Virus record (IMG/VR): IMGVR_UViG_3300044568_003163
Coordinates: 1-64,000 of that record
Direction: 5' to 3' (one strand)
DNA length: 64,000 nucleotides
Under the pieces are notes generated by a model, which did no database searches, was not told the origin of the DNA, and saw only the letters and a program-made list of their open reading frames with translations. The position numbers and the translations under genes are program-made. Position 1 is the stretch's first letter. Each line of letters starts with the position of its first letter. This document shows, piece by piece, positions 21,601 to 35,071 of this stretch.

Positions 21601-23162
21601 TAGTAGTTTTTATTTTTAGAAGGGATATTCCATTCTCTTCTTATTAAATTCAATTTCATCTTCACTGGTCCAGGTGATGAATAAGTATATTTTATAGTGT
21701 TGATAACGTAATATCCACTAATATGTTCGTTCTTAATCTGATCTCTAGGATCCGTGCCAGATTTTTCTTTTGTAGTAGGGTCGGCATCTCCTGAACCACT
21801 TTCACTACTTCTTCCTCCAGTAGCATCTGCACTAGGATCAGGTGCTTTATCATATCCACCATCTTCTCCTAAAGCAGTATCTCGATCTTTCATTTTTTCC
21901 ATTCTAGTAGGATCCTTAGCAGAACCTTCATATATCAAAATAGGAATTCTCATATATCGATACAAATAGAAATTCATACCAGCTAATTCAACATCGATAC
22001 TAGTTTTATTAATTTCTTGTAGATTTTGGAAATTAAGTAAACCAGAAAATATATAGCTAGGATGTACGTTATCTGCCGATTGCTTTCCTAACCACTTATA
22101 TTTTACTTGGGATTTATAAGAATCATCACCCTTACGTCCTTTAGGTAGTATTGATTCTGTTTCTGATCCAGGAGTAGTTAAAGGATCTACAAACGTACTA
22201 ATATATTCTGGTTTACCGGCACTGTCAATATCTAAGTATTGAGAATATCTCTTATATCCATTTTTAATCCAAACAGCAGCACTATTATTATTTGGTGCCC
22301 AATTTTCAATAAATACATTAGTTCCTGTTCTATCAGCTCTATTTGTTAGTACTAATGTACCTTTAATAGAATCCTTTACGTCTTGTTGATTATATCCACC
22401 ACTGGCAGGAGATGCCATACTTATATTAACGGTCTCAGTTTTATCTTCTAAATCAAATTGCTTATTGACATTAACTAAACATAAATAATAATATGGGTCA
22501 ATATACCAAGTAAAAAATGAATCATCATCTTTATAAACATTACATAAAGTGTCTTTTACGAAATGTTCGTATGTATCAAATGCACATATACGAGTCATTG
22601 AATCATCGGTTGAAGTTTCATTAGATGCAAAACCTAATTTAACGTCTTCGCATACCGTTTGTAATTGATCGAATGAATTAGCGCTAGGAAATGATTTGCA
22701 TCTTTCTGCTAAAAATCCTGGTATTTTCATTATACCTCTAAAAGAATATGATTGAGTTGCAGGACTACCGGAAATATCCATTATATCAAAATCTATTCTT
22801 ATAGGTTTTTGATTATCTTCATCTGGTGGTTTTAAATATAAAGATATAACATCTCCATCAGTAGGAGCATCTAAAGATAATTTACCTTCACTGTCATTAA
22901 TTGCTAAGTCAAGAGTAGGTATATGGCTAGTCAAATCTAACGCCATATTAGTTATTTGGTCTTGATCGAATCGTGAAGAATTTACCATAATCAAAGGCAT
23001 ATAAGCACCCCATCTCGAAGTATTCTTCGTATTTACTGCTGGATCGATGGTTTCGGCAGCTTCGTCTCTGGCTTCTTTTGATTCTGTGTCTTGTTGAGTA
23101 ATCAGATCGACTTTAATCTTTGGATCTATTATTGATACAATACTTCTTGATATAGTACTCAT
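21600..23162 (-). CDS. Baseplate hub protein, gp27/gpD-like
   Basis: SFFTWYIDPYYYLCLVNVN and C-terminal SGYYVINTIKYTYS...MKLNLIRREW; position upstream of the gp5-like gene. Confidence 0.6.
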   Translation of the reverse strand: MSTISRSIVSIIDPKIKVDLITQQDTESKEARDEAAETIDPAVNTKNTSRWGAYMPLIMVNSSRFDQDQITNMALDLTSHIPTLDLAINDSEGKLSLDAPTDGDVISLYLKPPDEDNQKPIRIDFDIMDISGSPATQSYSFRGIMKIPGFLAERCKSFPSANSFDQLQTVCEDVKLGFASNETSTDDSMTRICAFDTYEHFVKDTLCNVYKDDDSFFTWYIDPYYYLCLVNVNKQFDLEDKTETVNISMASPASGGYNQQDVKDSIKGTLVLTNRADRTGTNVFIENWAPNNNSAAVWIKNGYKRYSQYLDIDSAGKPEYISTFVDPLTTPGSETESILPKGRKGDDSYKSQVKYKWLGKQSADNVHPSYIFSGLLNFQNLQEINKTSIDVELAGMNFYLYRYMRIPILIYEGSAKDPTRMEKMKDRDTALGEDGGYDKAPDPSADATGGRSSESGSGDADPTTKEKSGTDPRDQIKNEHISGYYVINTIKYTYSSPGPVKMKLNLIRREWNIPSKNKNY

Positions 23163-23719
23163 TAATTAGTTGTTTGAGTGAATTTTCCAGTTGATGACAT
23201 CGAAGGAGCAAATAAGATATTCTCTCCGTCTGTTTTATATGGTACTTCTCCATTTCTAAGGAGATTTGTTGGTTTTATTTCGGTTGCTCCATTAACTCTT
23301 TTATTTGCTATTTTTTGCAATTGAGCTATTCTAGCAATATCTTTCTGGCTAGCCTTAGTTGGATCTAAAAATAAAGCTTTTGTATCTATTATTGCCTGTG
23401 TTTGCGTTAGTTTTTCTTGTCGATAAAATTTAAGACCAGAAGCTAAAGTAGGAATTACTATAAAATCATATAATTCCATAGAAAATGGATTAGATATTTG
23501 ATTAAATTTTAAAATCATATCCACATAATCAATCGAATTATATGAATCATAAGAAATTAAATCCGGTCTACATATATGTCGATCTTCAATTAACATAACC
23601 TTAGCAATCTGTAAATTAGGATCAGAATAAGATATTTTAAAATTGTTCTCAAGAAAATCCATCACCATGATTCCCTCTCGTTTCATTTCAGATTTTAAGT
23701 CAAATAAGTGAATTTGCAT
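23162..23719 (-). CDS. Baseplate wedge protein, gp53/LysM-like
   Basis: RPDLISYDSYNSIDYVDMILKFNQISNPF is the gp53/LysM-type motif. Confidence 0.8.
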   Translation of the reverse strand: MQIHLFDLKSEMKREGIMVMDFLENNFKISYSDPNLQIAKVMLIEDRHICRPDLISYDSYNSIDYVDMILKFNQISNPFSMELYDFIVIPTLASGLKFYRQEKLTQTQAIIDTKALFLDPTKASQKDIARIAQLQKIANKRVNGATEIKPTNLLRNGEVPYKTDGENILFAPSMSSTGKFTQTTN

Positions 23720-23722
23720 TTG

Positions 23723-25426
23723 TTATCTTATTGTTTTTGCTGATTGGGTAACCTGTTCTGGTGTGTGATTAGGGAATCTAGAAGTAACAAAATCATGAGG
23801 TATTTGACTAAAATCTTGAGTTTTGAGCGAATCTGCTTTAGATTGACCTCTAGGCGTTACACCACCATTCTGTCCGCCATTTCTTCTATTACCTGCATAT
23901 TTAGTTTCTTGTGAAGGAGAAGTCAAATAAGTTCTACCGTTTCTAGAAAACATACCTAATATTTCAGTTCTATCTCTAGGTCTTGCTGGTGCTAATTTAC
24001 ATGTTACTCTTACCTTTGAAGGAAAATCGTCAAAACCTAAAGCTCCATATACCTCTACGTCAGTTTCAGTCAATACTAAGTTACCAATAGATATTATTGG
24101 ATTTGCTGGGTTTCCTACCATTAGGTGCCATTCTCCAGTAGATTCTCCGGAAAGTAAAGCATTAAGTGCTTGTACACCAGGTCTACCCATTTTATCTAAA
24201 GCTCCACCTGCTATCTGAGACATTAAATTACCTCCCATAGTTTTTGCAGCATTCTTAATTCCTTCCCATGATAAACCTTTACCTCCAGAAAGACCGTTAA
24301 GTTTTCCAGAAATACCAGAAACTAGAGAATCAAAATATCCACTATAATCACCAGCTGCTAATTTATCCGGATCACCAATAGGCTTCATTTGACGAGGATT
24401 TCCTCCATAATACCTAACATCACCTCCCCAGAAAGTACCTCTATTCATCGTACATATCATTATATTTGATAGTAAATCTAACATAGCAACTCTAGGATTT
24501 ACTCCATCGATACTTCTAAGTTCATATTCAAATACGACTGTCATATCTTGCTTAAATTCTAGCCCAGTATCTCTAATTTGCATAGTTTTGATAACATCGA
24601 TAGGACCAAATACTACATTTTCATTTTCGTATGGATTGAAACTATTAGTTGCAGGATTATTTGTTCGAGCAGCAGTTGATGCAGCGGTATCTGTAATAGA
24701 CATTAAAGATTTAATCAATCCACCACCTGGAAGTCCTTCCATTGCACCGGCCTCATTACCGTATCCAGGCTGAGATTCTTTAGTTTGTAATTCTGCAGTT
24801 AATTGCTTAAAATTTAATTTATGATTCCATTTAAGACCTACACTTTCCCATTTATTAGTATCTCCATCTACCCACGTAATTAAACGTGCTATATCCGGAT
24901 TCATATTCTTTTCTTTTGAAAATAAATCATCTTCAGGAGGCAGTTTAAATCTTCTAAGAGTTACCATATAATTATTAGGAACTCTACCATAATTTCTACA
25001 CCAAAGGAAATCTTCCCATGCATATTCAACCGCATTAGATTTTCCTTCTCTACTCCAAGCTATAATATTCGAAGACGTAGGATTAGTTCGTAATTTTTGT
25101 AATGCTTCATCCTTAATACGGTTTGGTGAGTCTAAATAATCTTCTGGAGCGATAGCTACGGAATTCTGTTGATTAACAAAGAAAATCGAGTATCTGTTAA
25201 AAATAGCAGGCTTTCCTTTTTTATCGTAAGTTAGGTATTTTTTACCTGTACCTTTACCGTCTTTACCCTTTATTTCTACACTAGATGGACCAGGAAAATC
25301 TTGGTCTTCAGTAGTGTAATATGTACCAATTCTCATTCCAGTGTTTGGCGGTTTTGGTGGTTCGTTTTCTGGACCGATAGCATTATTGGTATTGCCTGAC
25401 AGAATTGACGGTATGGGTGCAGCCAT
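23723..25426 (-). CDS. Tail-tube-fold baseplate protein (gp48/gp54-like)
   Basis: FEYELRSIDGVNPRVAMLDLLSN and LMVGNPANPIISIGNLVLTETDVEV...DDFPSKVRVTCKL resemble tube-fold proteins; preceded by a GATATATA motif. Confidence 0.55.
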   Translation of the reverse strand: MAAPIPSILSGNTNNAIGPENEPPKPPNTGMRIGTYYTTEDQDFPGPSSVEIKGKDGKGTGKKYLTYDKKGKPAIFNRYSIFFVNQQNSVAIAPEDYLDSPNRIKDEALQKLRTNPTSSNIIAWSREGKSNAVEYAWEDFLWCRNYGRVPNNYMVTLRRFKLPPEDDLFSKEKNMNPDIARLITWVDGDTNKWESVGLKWNHKLNFKQLTAELQTKESQPGYGNEAGAMEGLPGGGLIKSLMSITDTAASTAARTNNPATNSFNPYENENVVFGPIDVIKTMQIRDTGLEFKQDMTVVFEYELRSIDGVNPRVAMLDLLSNIMICTMNRGTFWGGDVRYYGGNPRQMKPIGDPDKLAAGDYSGYFDSLVSGISGKLNGLSGGKGLSWEGIKNAAKTMGGNLMSQIAGGALDKMGRPGVQALNALLSGESTGEWHLMVGNPANPIISIGNLVLTETDVEVYGALGFDDFPSKVRVTCKLAPARPRDRTEILGMFSRNGRTYLTSPSQETKYAGNRRNGGQNGGVTPRGQSKADSLKTQDFSQIPHDFVTSRFPNHTPEQVTQSAKTIR

Positions 25427-25453
25427 GGTATAAAAGACTATTTTATTATATAT

Positions 25454-26005
25454 CTACCCTATATTCTCGATGAATTTTTTAGCTTCATCCGAGGTTGCGA
25501 ATAAGTCAGAAAATGCTCGTTCGATTCTAATCGAATATTCTGCAGTAGAGTTTAATTTTAAAGGTCCATCATAAGGAGTTCTGAGAACTATTTTACGAAT
25601 TGCCCTTAATTTTTGAAGTAAGAGATATTCACCTATTCGATTAAATAATTCCATCATCTCATTTTTTGTTTTCACAACTAAATTTGATTCGATGCAAAAT
25701 CGATATTTAGAAGATTCCCCTAACCAATTCTCCATTTCAGTAATGGTCTTAATTTCTTTTGGTATTTGTATCGGTTTTGGTTTTCCTTTATAATTAGTAA
25801 GGAAAGATTTCCCTATAAAATTAGATTTAAGGAAATGAATATTATCATAGAATTTGATAATTCGTATAGAATATACTGGGATGTTTTCTTCGAAGTAAAC
25901 TTCTTCAATAATTCCTTTTATAGGAATCATTACTTCTGGGTCGTAAGTTGAAGTTAATAATGCATGGCAAATACTTCTTTTATCAAGGATTTGGGTTTTT
26001 ATCAT
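25454..26005 (-). CDS. Hypothetical protein
   Basis: ORF track; start moved to ATG 26005 (MIKTQ). Confidence 0.6.
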   Translation of the reverse strand: MIKTQILDKRSICHALLTSTYDPEVMIPIKGIIEEVYFEENIPVYSIRIIKFYDNIHFLKSNFIGKSFLTNYKGKPKPIQIPKEIKTITEMENWLGESSKYRFCIESNLVVKTKNEMMELFNRIGEYLLLQKLRAIRKIVLRTPYDGPLKLNSTAEYSIRIERAFSDLFATSDEAKKFIENIG

Positions 26006-26378
26006 ATTCGATTTGTGTTGCGGAATCAAATTCCGATAAGAGCAATTCGTCTTCTATATTTGTATCTATCAACAGATGATAGTATACTGGAACGTAACAC
26101 CCTACAAAAAATCCTTTTAATCGATCGATGAATTCTGCGTCTATACTTTCACTAAGCATATAAACAAAATCTGTTTTTCTACACAATCTAAATTTGTTTA
26201 GTTTTTTAACTATTTGAAAATTCACTATATCATCAGACGGCGGTATTTTAGAAGAATCATTGTTGGTCAGTTTTTGGTGTATTTCATAAAAATTAATTAC
26301 ATCGGAATTTTTCTTCCTTACAAAACTGCGCTCAAATGAATCTCTACCACATTTAACAATAAAAACATTTTTAGACAT
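25983..26378 (-). CDS. Hypothetical protein
   Basis: ORF track; start moved to ATG 26378 (MSKNV). Confidence 0.6.
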   Translation of the reverse strand: MSKNVFIVKCGRDSFERSFVRKKNSDVINFYEIHQKLTNNDSSKIPPSDDIVNFQIVKKLNKFRLCRKTDFVYMLSESIDAEFIDRLKGFFVGCYVPVYYHLLIDTNIEDELLLSEFDSATQIEYDKNPNP

Positions 26379-26721
26379 TATTGGCATTTTCTATTAAGAC
26401 CTTTTTTAGAACTTTTAGATTTTTAATCTCTGAATTTAGCTCTTTGATTCTATCATCTATTTCTTCTACTTTAGGTTGATATTTTTCTCCCCAATCAACA
26501 TAAAAATCAATTTGCTCAGCATCAAAATCCGAACCCAATTCCAACCCTAAATCGTTTGAAATATCTTGAAGCAAATCAATGATATCATCGAATGAATTAG
26601 GATTAGTTTCGTTGTCGGTCTTATAAACTTTAAGCTCTTCAGTTTTTTCTTGATTAGATCGAGTATCTGTTACGGTTCGGATTACTCCGTTTGACGAATT
26701 AATTAACTCAATTTTTATCAT
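26371..26721 (-). CDS. Hypothetical acidic protein with C-terminal coiled coil
   Basis: ORF track; tight packing. Confidence 0.6.
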   Translation of the reverse strand: MIKIELINSSNGVIRTVTDTRSNQEKTEELKVYKTDNETNPNSFDDIIDLLQDISNDLGLELGSDFDAEQIDFYVDWGEKYQPKVEEIDDRIKELNSEIKNLKVLKKVLIENANNV

Positions 26722-26732
26722 GGAATTTACAT

Positions 26733-27062
26733 TTAAGCTTTTTGAGCCTTTTTAATTTCGGCTAATTTGAGTGGTTTTTCAGATGAGCCCCAAACTTTTA
26801 TAGTTTTAACCCAATCTTCTATATACTCATCAATTTCTTCTGAAGTCTTACCGTCAGCTTTCATTGCTTGTATAATTTTAGTTTGTTTATCTTCATAATA
26901 AGCTTCTTCAGATTCAGCAACCGCTGATGCCATAGCATTATTAAGTTTTGCTCCTCTTTCAATAACACCAGACTTATATTCAGCGTATTTGGCAGGATCA
27001 GTTTTCTTTAACATTTTCTCATATGCTCTTCTTTGAGCACGTGATTGTGACATACCTTTCAT
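26733..27062 (-). CDS. Hypothetical charged helical protein
   Basis: ORF track; ATGA overlap with the upstream gene. Confidence 0.6.
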   Translation of the reverse strand: MKGMSQSRAQRRAYEKMLKKTDPAKYAEYKSGVIERGAKLNNAMASAVAESEEAYYEDKQTKIIQAMKADGKTSEEIDEYIEDWVKTIKVWGSSEKPLKLAEIKKAQKA

Positions 27063-27265
27063 TTTTTGTCGGGTTTAGCGTTAGTTTTCTTTGTTGTTAT
27101 TTTATATATCAGTGGTGGAAGTTCCTCTCCGTCAGTCTCACATAATTTGTAATACTTAATCATCGAAGTTAAACTGTTTCGGAATTCTTCCAATTCTAAA
27201 AGTGAATCGAATTCTATTTGAAAATTTTTGTCGGCATAGGGATTATCGACTAGTCGGCTTTTCAT
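27059..27265 (-). CDS. Hypothetical protein
   Basis: ORF track; fills the gap between coupled genes. Confidence 0.5.
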   Translation of the reverse strand: MKSRLVDNPYADKNFQIEFDSLLELEEFRNSLTSMIKYYKLCETDGEELPPLIYKITTKKTNAKPDKK

Positions 27266-27827
27266 TTTTTATGTCATCTTTTTCGACCTCTTCTTCAAAA
27301 TACGAAGAGATTTTTTCCTTAATTGAAGTTTTGACTGCTTCAGTTATGGATTCTATGTTTATTTTTTCGGTAGAAGACTTTATGATTTCATCGATGACTT
27401 CTTCTCTATCAAACATCAGATCTAATAATTCAAGTACTTTCTTTGTTGGTATTTCAAAATCGAAATCTACTAAAAGGGTGACTGTTTCTTTTTTCTTTTG
27501 TTTGTCGAGTATGATTTTTATAGGGTTCTGTTCTACTACCTGTGCAATATGTTGTGCTGGCTGAGGTTCGTTTCCTAAAAGTTTTTCCATTTCTATGAAA
27601 TGGTCTACGGTTTTTGGAGATTCGATCTCGGGTTGTTGACTGTTTTTATAATTGAAAGTTTCTTCGTCAATTTCCTTCAATAGATTTTGAATGTCCGAAG
27701 TAGGCACGACTCTTCCACTTTCAAAATATGTATTATTACTTTCGTCTTCTGCTAAATAAGTTTCAACTCTTCCTAAACGTGAAGTTGAAATCCATTCATA
27801 TCTTTTTTTAACTTCTCCTGGTTCCAT
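27243..27827 (-). CDS. Hypothetical protein
   Basis: ORF track, 194 aa. Confidence 0.6.
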   Translation of the reverse strand: MEPGEVKKRYEWISTSRLGRVETYLAEDESNNTYFESGRVVPTSDIQNLLKEIDEETFNYKNSQQPEIESPKTVDHFIEMEKLLGNEPQPAQHIAQVVEQNPIKIILDKQKKKETVTLLVDFDFEIPTKKVLELLDLMFDREEVIDEIIKSSTEKINIESITEAVKTSIKEKISSYFEEEVEKDDIKNEKPTSR

Positions 27828-27894
27828 AAAATTAGTTCTATTTAATTTTTATTTTATGAACTAAATATAAAACTGTTTCTATCATAAATTCTGA

Positions 27895-30854
<2,960 letters not shown>

Positions 30855-30855
<1 letters not shown>

Positions 30856-31400
30856 TATATAATGCTATTAATTTGTAGATCTACTCTAGGGTTATATTTA
30901 GTAATGTTGCTCTCAACATATTTTTCATCAACATAGCATGGATCCATATAAGAATTAAGTCTAACTGTTATAGTACTATTAATATTTCTTGAGTAATTAT
31001 TGAATAAAGTATTTAATAGGTTTTCATATCTAATCACTTCGCTATCTCGAAATTCCTTTCGAAAAGAATCGTATTGTATACTTTTTACGAAATATCGATT
31101 TTCACTAATGTTGTAGAACTTGTAATTATTGATAAAACCGATATTTTGATTTTCTAATTCGAGGTTTTCGATAATAGGGAAATCTCCAGCCGAACATAGA
31201 TATTTAGGCGAATTTAAAATACTAGCAAAAAAAGATGTAAAACTTTCTATTGTATTGAAATTTCTATATCGATGACCTTTCTTACCAACATCCCTAATTA
31301 AAAAACGAACTTTAATACTTTTGATTTTAATTCCTCGTTTTTGTAGATCTACGACAAAGTCGTTATTTCTTTTGATTAATAATCCGTCCACGTAGTACAC
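30855..31400 (-). CDS. Hypothetical protein (GTG start)
   Basis: ORF track; preceded by a GATATATA motif and a terminator; coupled to fibre I. Confidence 0.6.
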
Positions 31401-31420
31401 TTTATTTTATATATCCTACA

Positions 31421-31443
31421 AAAAAAGCTTCCAAGCGGAAGCT
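31421..31443 (-). terminator. Intrinsic terminator after ndk
   Basis: AGCTTCC-gctt-GGAAGCT stem followed by a T-run on the minus strand. Confidence 0.75.
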
Positions 31444-31470
31444 AATGAATATCTAAAACGATAGATTATT

Positions 31471-31899
31471 TTATTGAATTCTTTTAGTTTTGTCTATTAA
31501 TTCAGGAAAAAAGAAGGACACTTCAGTAAGTGCATTTTCATCTGAATCAGAACCATGTATTGCATTCGAGGCTATAGACGAGCCATACATACTACGGATA
31601 GTTCCTGGATTAGCTAATTTAGGGTCAGTATCACCTATCAAAGTTCTAAAATCTTCGATTGCATTTGTTTTTTGTAGTGCAATTGCAACAATCGGTCCAG
31701 AAGTCATGAATTTTATTAGGTCATCGTAGAAATCCTTAGATTTATGAACTGAATAAAATTCCGCAGCTTTATCAGGAGTCAGCATAGTAACTTTCATTCC
31801 TACGGTTTTGAAACCTTCAAAGCTAATTCGTTGTATTAATTGATCTGCCGATGCAAATACATCCGGCTTAATCATGGTCAATGTGTATGTTCCTATCAT
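31471..31899 (-). CDS. ndk: Nucleoside-diphosphate kinase
   Basis: TLTMIKPD, FMTSGPIVAI, PGTIRSMYG, NAIHGSDS (catalytic His). Confidence 0.97.
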   Translation of the reverse strand: MIGTYTLTMIKPDVFASADQLIQRISFEGFKTVGMKVTMLTPDKAAEFYSVHKSKDFYDDLIKFMTSGPIVAIALQKTNAIEDFRTLIGDTDPKLANPGTIRSMYGSSIASNAIHGSDSDENALTEVSFFFPELIDKTKRIQ

Positions 31900-31902
31900 G
31901 AA

Positions 31903-32394
31903 TTATTTATCTTCGGAAAGATAAATCTTGCTGTACCAATCGAGTTTTAATTTTTCAATGTTACCATATTTGATTCCACATTCGTCAAAGATGTGAAGAT
32001 GTCCTTGTTCTCGGTAATCTTCTATCCAATAAACATATTTGAATCCCGAATTAACTAAGATTTTTGTACACATCTTACATGGAGAAAGAGTTAAGAGGAT
32101 GATGTAATTCTTTGGATCGAATTCTCGGAACTTAGCAATCATATTAACTTCGGCATGAATGAATCCGCTTTCACCTGGAATTAGGGAATCCTCTTCAGTT
32201 CCTGTTACTTCATTTATTGGTGCACCTTTGTAGGAGCCATTATAGCCAAAAGAAGCTATTTTTGTAAAGTTTTTGTGCAATGCCATACATGCAACTTTTT
32301 TAGTTGATGCATTAGATAATGTAGCTATTTGCTGAATCATACCAGCAAAGGTATCAATTTTAAAGTCTATTCTTTCTTGTGTCATTATTTCCAA
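31903..32394 (-). CDS. dCMP deaminase
   Basis: FGYNG, IHAEVNMI, TLSPCKMCTKIL zinc-deaminase motifs. Confidence 0.9.
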   Translation of the reverse strand: MEIMTQERIDFKIDTFAGMIQQIATLSNASTKKVACMALHKNFTKIASFGYNGSYKGAPINEVTGTEEDSLIPGESGFIHAEVNMIAKFREFDPKNYIILLTLSPCKMCTKILVNSGFKYVYWIEDYREQGHLHIFDECGIKYGNIEKLKLDWYSKIYLSEDK

Positions 32395-32978
32395 TCTGAA
32401 TTTACGAGTCGAGTCTTAATACTAATTCCTTTTATTTCTTTGCCTAAAGCATCGGCAATCTTAATGTTTTCTCTATCATCGTCATAGAAAATAAAATCTC
32501 TAAAACCTATTTTAATAAGTTCCATAAAAGCTTGTTTCTTTCTATCGGCAATTGAACCATCAAATCCATTGTTAGGATCAGAAACTGCAAAGATATATTT
32601 CGGATTGACGTCTACTCCATGATGAGATAGGAATTGATAAATTAAATCTTTGTCGTCTCTAGCAGTAATGATACCTACACGCCTTCCTCTTTGCATTGTT
32701 TTCTTAAGTACATTGAAAACTCGTTCTATTAACTTACCGGCTTTTAAGATTTCTAAATTTTTAAAATCGGAAAAATCCATTTCATGATGAGCGTGCTTTT
32801 CAAATTCATTGAATTCTGCAGGTGACAAGGTAAAAGTTTCACCGGTTTGACTATCATTAACTTTGATTTGTGAATTGGTAATTACCAATGTATCATCAAC
32901 GTCAAATATAGTAATCGCTTCGAATTTTTCTTTACGAGTCGGATCTACAAAATCCTGATATTTTAAAAATTTATTCAT
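32385..32978 (-). CDS. HAD-superfamily hydrolase
   Basis: TIFDVDDTLV (motif I), IITAR (motif II), FYDDDRENI (motif IV). Confidence 0.75.
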   Translation of the reverse strand: MNKFLKYQDFVDPTRKEKFEAITIFDVDDTLVITNSQIKVNDSQTGETFTLSPAEFNEFEKHAHHEMDFSDFKNLEILKAGKLIERVFNVLKKTMQRGRRVGIITARDDKDLIYQFLSHHGVDVNPKYIFAVSDPNNGFDGSIADRKKQAFMELIKIGFRDFIFYDDDRENIKIADALGKEIKGISIKTRLVNSDWK

Positions 32979-32997
32979 AAGTGTTCATTTAGTTATA

Positions 32998-33058
32998 AGA
33001 CAAATATAACAAAAAAGCTCAACATAATGAAATATTGAGCTTAAAAGTTATTAACAAT
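32998..33058 (-). promoter_or_regulatory. Early promoter cassette 1 (TGTTAATAA box, hairpin, TATATTTG -7 box)
   Basis: Minus strand: TGTTAATAA (33056-33048), 39 nt including the AAGCTCAATAT/ATGTTGAGCTT stem, then TATATTTG (33008-33001), matching the Bacteroidota TAnnTTTG consensus. Confidence 0.75.
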
Positions 33059-33065
33059 TTATTAT

Positions 33066-33599
33066 TTAGTAATCGTTTTCGAAATCAGCTTCGGTCATGT
33101 TGTCATTAACCCATTTTTCTAATTTCTTAGCATCTTTAGTAAGACAAGCAACATGTTGGAAAGATGAATATTCATCACCTTCTTCCCATACTGCAACATC
33201 CACGTTTATATCTTTAATGTTGTAGATATAACCTGATAAATTAGAACCACCAAAAGGAGCTTCTCCACCAATACCTTTAAGTTCTTTAATGTTAAGATCC
33301 TTTTCTTCTACTCTGTGAGCTAATCCATAATATAAAGCTACTACGAATCGATAATCATCGTCTTCTGACATTGCATAAGTAACCGAATTGATATTTCCTT
33401 TCAATTGTTTAGCGATAGTTTCGAAGTTAGTTTTCATCTTAGCCAGCATATCATCATCTACCTCACCAGTTTCTTGTTGCATTTTAATCTGTGATGCTAA
33501 AGTAGTCTTAGTTTCAAAAGGGAATCCTGTATTATAATCGTATTTTTCGTTAATAAAATTCTCATTAACGAATTCTTGAAATGTTTGTAAATTTTTCAT
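33066..33599 (-). CDS. Putative internal head protein with capsid-targeting N-terminus
   Basis: MKNLQTFQEFVNENFINE resembles T4 CTS MKTYQEFIAE. Confidence 0.65.
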   Translation of the reverse strand: MKNLQTFQEFVNENFINEKYDYNTGFPFETKTTLASQIKMQQETGEVDDDMLAKMKTNFETIAKQLKGNINSVTYAMSEDDDYRFVVALYYGLAHRVEEKDLNIKELKGIGGEAPFGGSNLSGYIYNIKDINVDVAVWEEGDEYSSFQHVACLTKDAKKLEKWVNDNMTEADFENDY

Positions 33600-33611
33600 T
33601 TGTTTATTTGT

Positions 33612-34115
33612 TTAATATCTGTCGTCTTCTTCCCATTCATCATCGCTTCCATAATCATCGTCATCATCATATTCTTCTTCTTGGTACCATGATTGGTTAG
33701 GGTCGTTGTCAGGTTGTTCTGTAAAATCGTGACGATCTGCGTTAAAACGTCTTGGATCTTCTACTAAAGCAGGAAAAAGCACTTTACCACCTTTTACTCT
33801 AGTTTTTGCATGACCAAAAGCTAAATCAATACCTACGTTTCTTAATTCTTTACCAGGTTTTTTATCAGATTCGGTATAACCATTCATTTGGGCTAATAAC
33901 TCATAATAGTCTTTACCTCCAAATACTCCGTAACCTTCGTAACTATTTTCTTCGTATCTAGTACCTTTATCATCAAACATGTAAACGGTAATAGTATTTT
34001 GTCTTTCTGAACCAATTTGTCTTCCAGAATCTTGGGTCATCCATGAAAATTGACCTTCATTTAAAGGTTTAGAATTTTCATTAACAAACTCGCTGAAGGT
34101 TTTTAAATTTTTCAT
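33612..34115 (-). CDS. Putative internal head protein with capsid-targeting N-terminus, acidic tail
   Basis: MKNLKTFSEFVNENSKPLNE then GQFSWMTQD domain. Confidence 0.65.
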   Translation of the reverse strand: MKNLKTFSEFVNENSKPLNEGQFSWMTQDSGRQIGSERQNTITVYMFDDKGTRYEENSYEGYGVFGGKDYYELLAQMNGYTESDKKPGKELRNVGIDLAFGHAKTRVKGGKVLFPALVEDPRRFNADRHDFTEQPDNDPNQSWYQEEEYDDDDDYGSDDEWEEDDRY

Positions 34116-34116
34116 A

Positions 34117-34509
34117 TTATTTACCTAATCCTGAAGTTATTTTACCAACTGCAGCACCCCAATCGTCACCTTTAACGTCTTTAGAAATACCAGCAATTAC
34201 TTTGTCAGCAATTTTTTGATCGTATTTATCTCCGTGAGCTTTTTTCAAAAGCGTTTCTGCGTATTCTTTAAAGTCTTTTTCGTTTTTAATGTCAGCTTCA
34301 TTTACTTTACCTTCATTAACTATCGAAATACTTTTTATGTAATCGAAAAATTCCGCAGATTGCTCTTCATTTAATTCGATAGGTGAAGTAACACCAAATT
34401 GTTTAAGTTTGTTTTCGTATAGTTCATTGAACTTATGTGCTTGGTCTTCTTTAGTTTTTGCAACTTTTTGAAGTTTCTGCTCATTAACGAATTCTGAAAA
34501 TTTTTGCAT
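34117..34509 (-). CDS. Putative internal head protein
   Basis: MQKFSEFVNE N-terminus and internal IVNE/KVNE sites. Confidence 0.6.
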   Translation of the reverse strand: MQKFSEFVNEQKLQKVAKTKEDQAHKFNELYENKLKQFGVTSPIELNEEQSAEFFDYIKSISIVNEGKVNEADIKNEKDFKEYAETLLKKAHGDKYDQKIADKVIAGISKDVKGDDWGAAVGKITSGLGK

Positions 34510-34528
34510 TGTTTTATGTTTGTTTATT

Positions 34529-35071
34529 TTATCCGAAATATTCGTTTTCGAAGTATAACAACTCGAAGTTGTTTTCTGGGTTTATTAATTGTAGTGCATT
34601 TAAGAATCCTGCATACTCAGCAGTAGAAGATGTATTTTGCTTAACATAGTCTTGTAAGAATACGAAAGTAGCCATATCATTTAATCCAAAAATAGTTTTA
34701 GAATTTTCAGAATATGATTGAAGTAAACCATATTCCATGTCGTAAGCTTTTACGATGATGTCAGCCAAATTGTCGAAATTCATATCAGTCGTAACTGTAG
34801 GAATTGTAGGTTTAACATCCCAATCGGTCATATATTTTTGTAGACCTTGAGCATGAATTAGTTCATCTGTAGCTTCATTGTCAAAGAAAACAGCAGCTTT
34901 CTTATATTCCATGTTGTGGCACCAGTTAGCAGCACTACGATAGAAATAATGAGCAGTATATTCATCACCTATTCGTTGATTGATAAGTTTAACAACTTCA
35001 CTCCTAAGAGTATTAGGCTTTTTAACGATAGTTGGATCTACCGATTTAATTGATTCGTTTATGATATTCAT
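34529..35071 (-). CDS. Ferritin-like protein
   Basis: LINQRIGDEYTAHYFY, FFDNEATDELIHA (ExxH), AYDMEY, DMATFVFLQDYV four-helix ferritin pattern. Confidence 0.85.
   Translation of the reverse strand: MNIINESIKSVDPTIVKKPNTLRSEVVKLINQRIGDEYTAHYFYRSAANWCHNMEYKKAAVFFDNEATDELIHAQGLQKYMTDWDVKPTIPTVTTDMNFDNLADIIVKAYDMEYGLLQSYSENSKTIFGLNDMATFVFLQDYVKQNTSSTAEYAGFLNALQLINPENNFELLYFENEYFG

Noticed and set aside
1-25426. Possibility of a bacterial contractile injection system or T6SS locus
   Set aside because: The gp13-like neck gene, capsid-targeted proteins, ligase, tRNAs, tmRNA, uniform strand and phage promoter motifs indicate a lytic jumbo phage.
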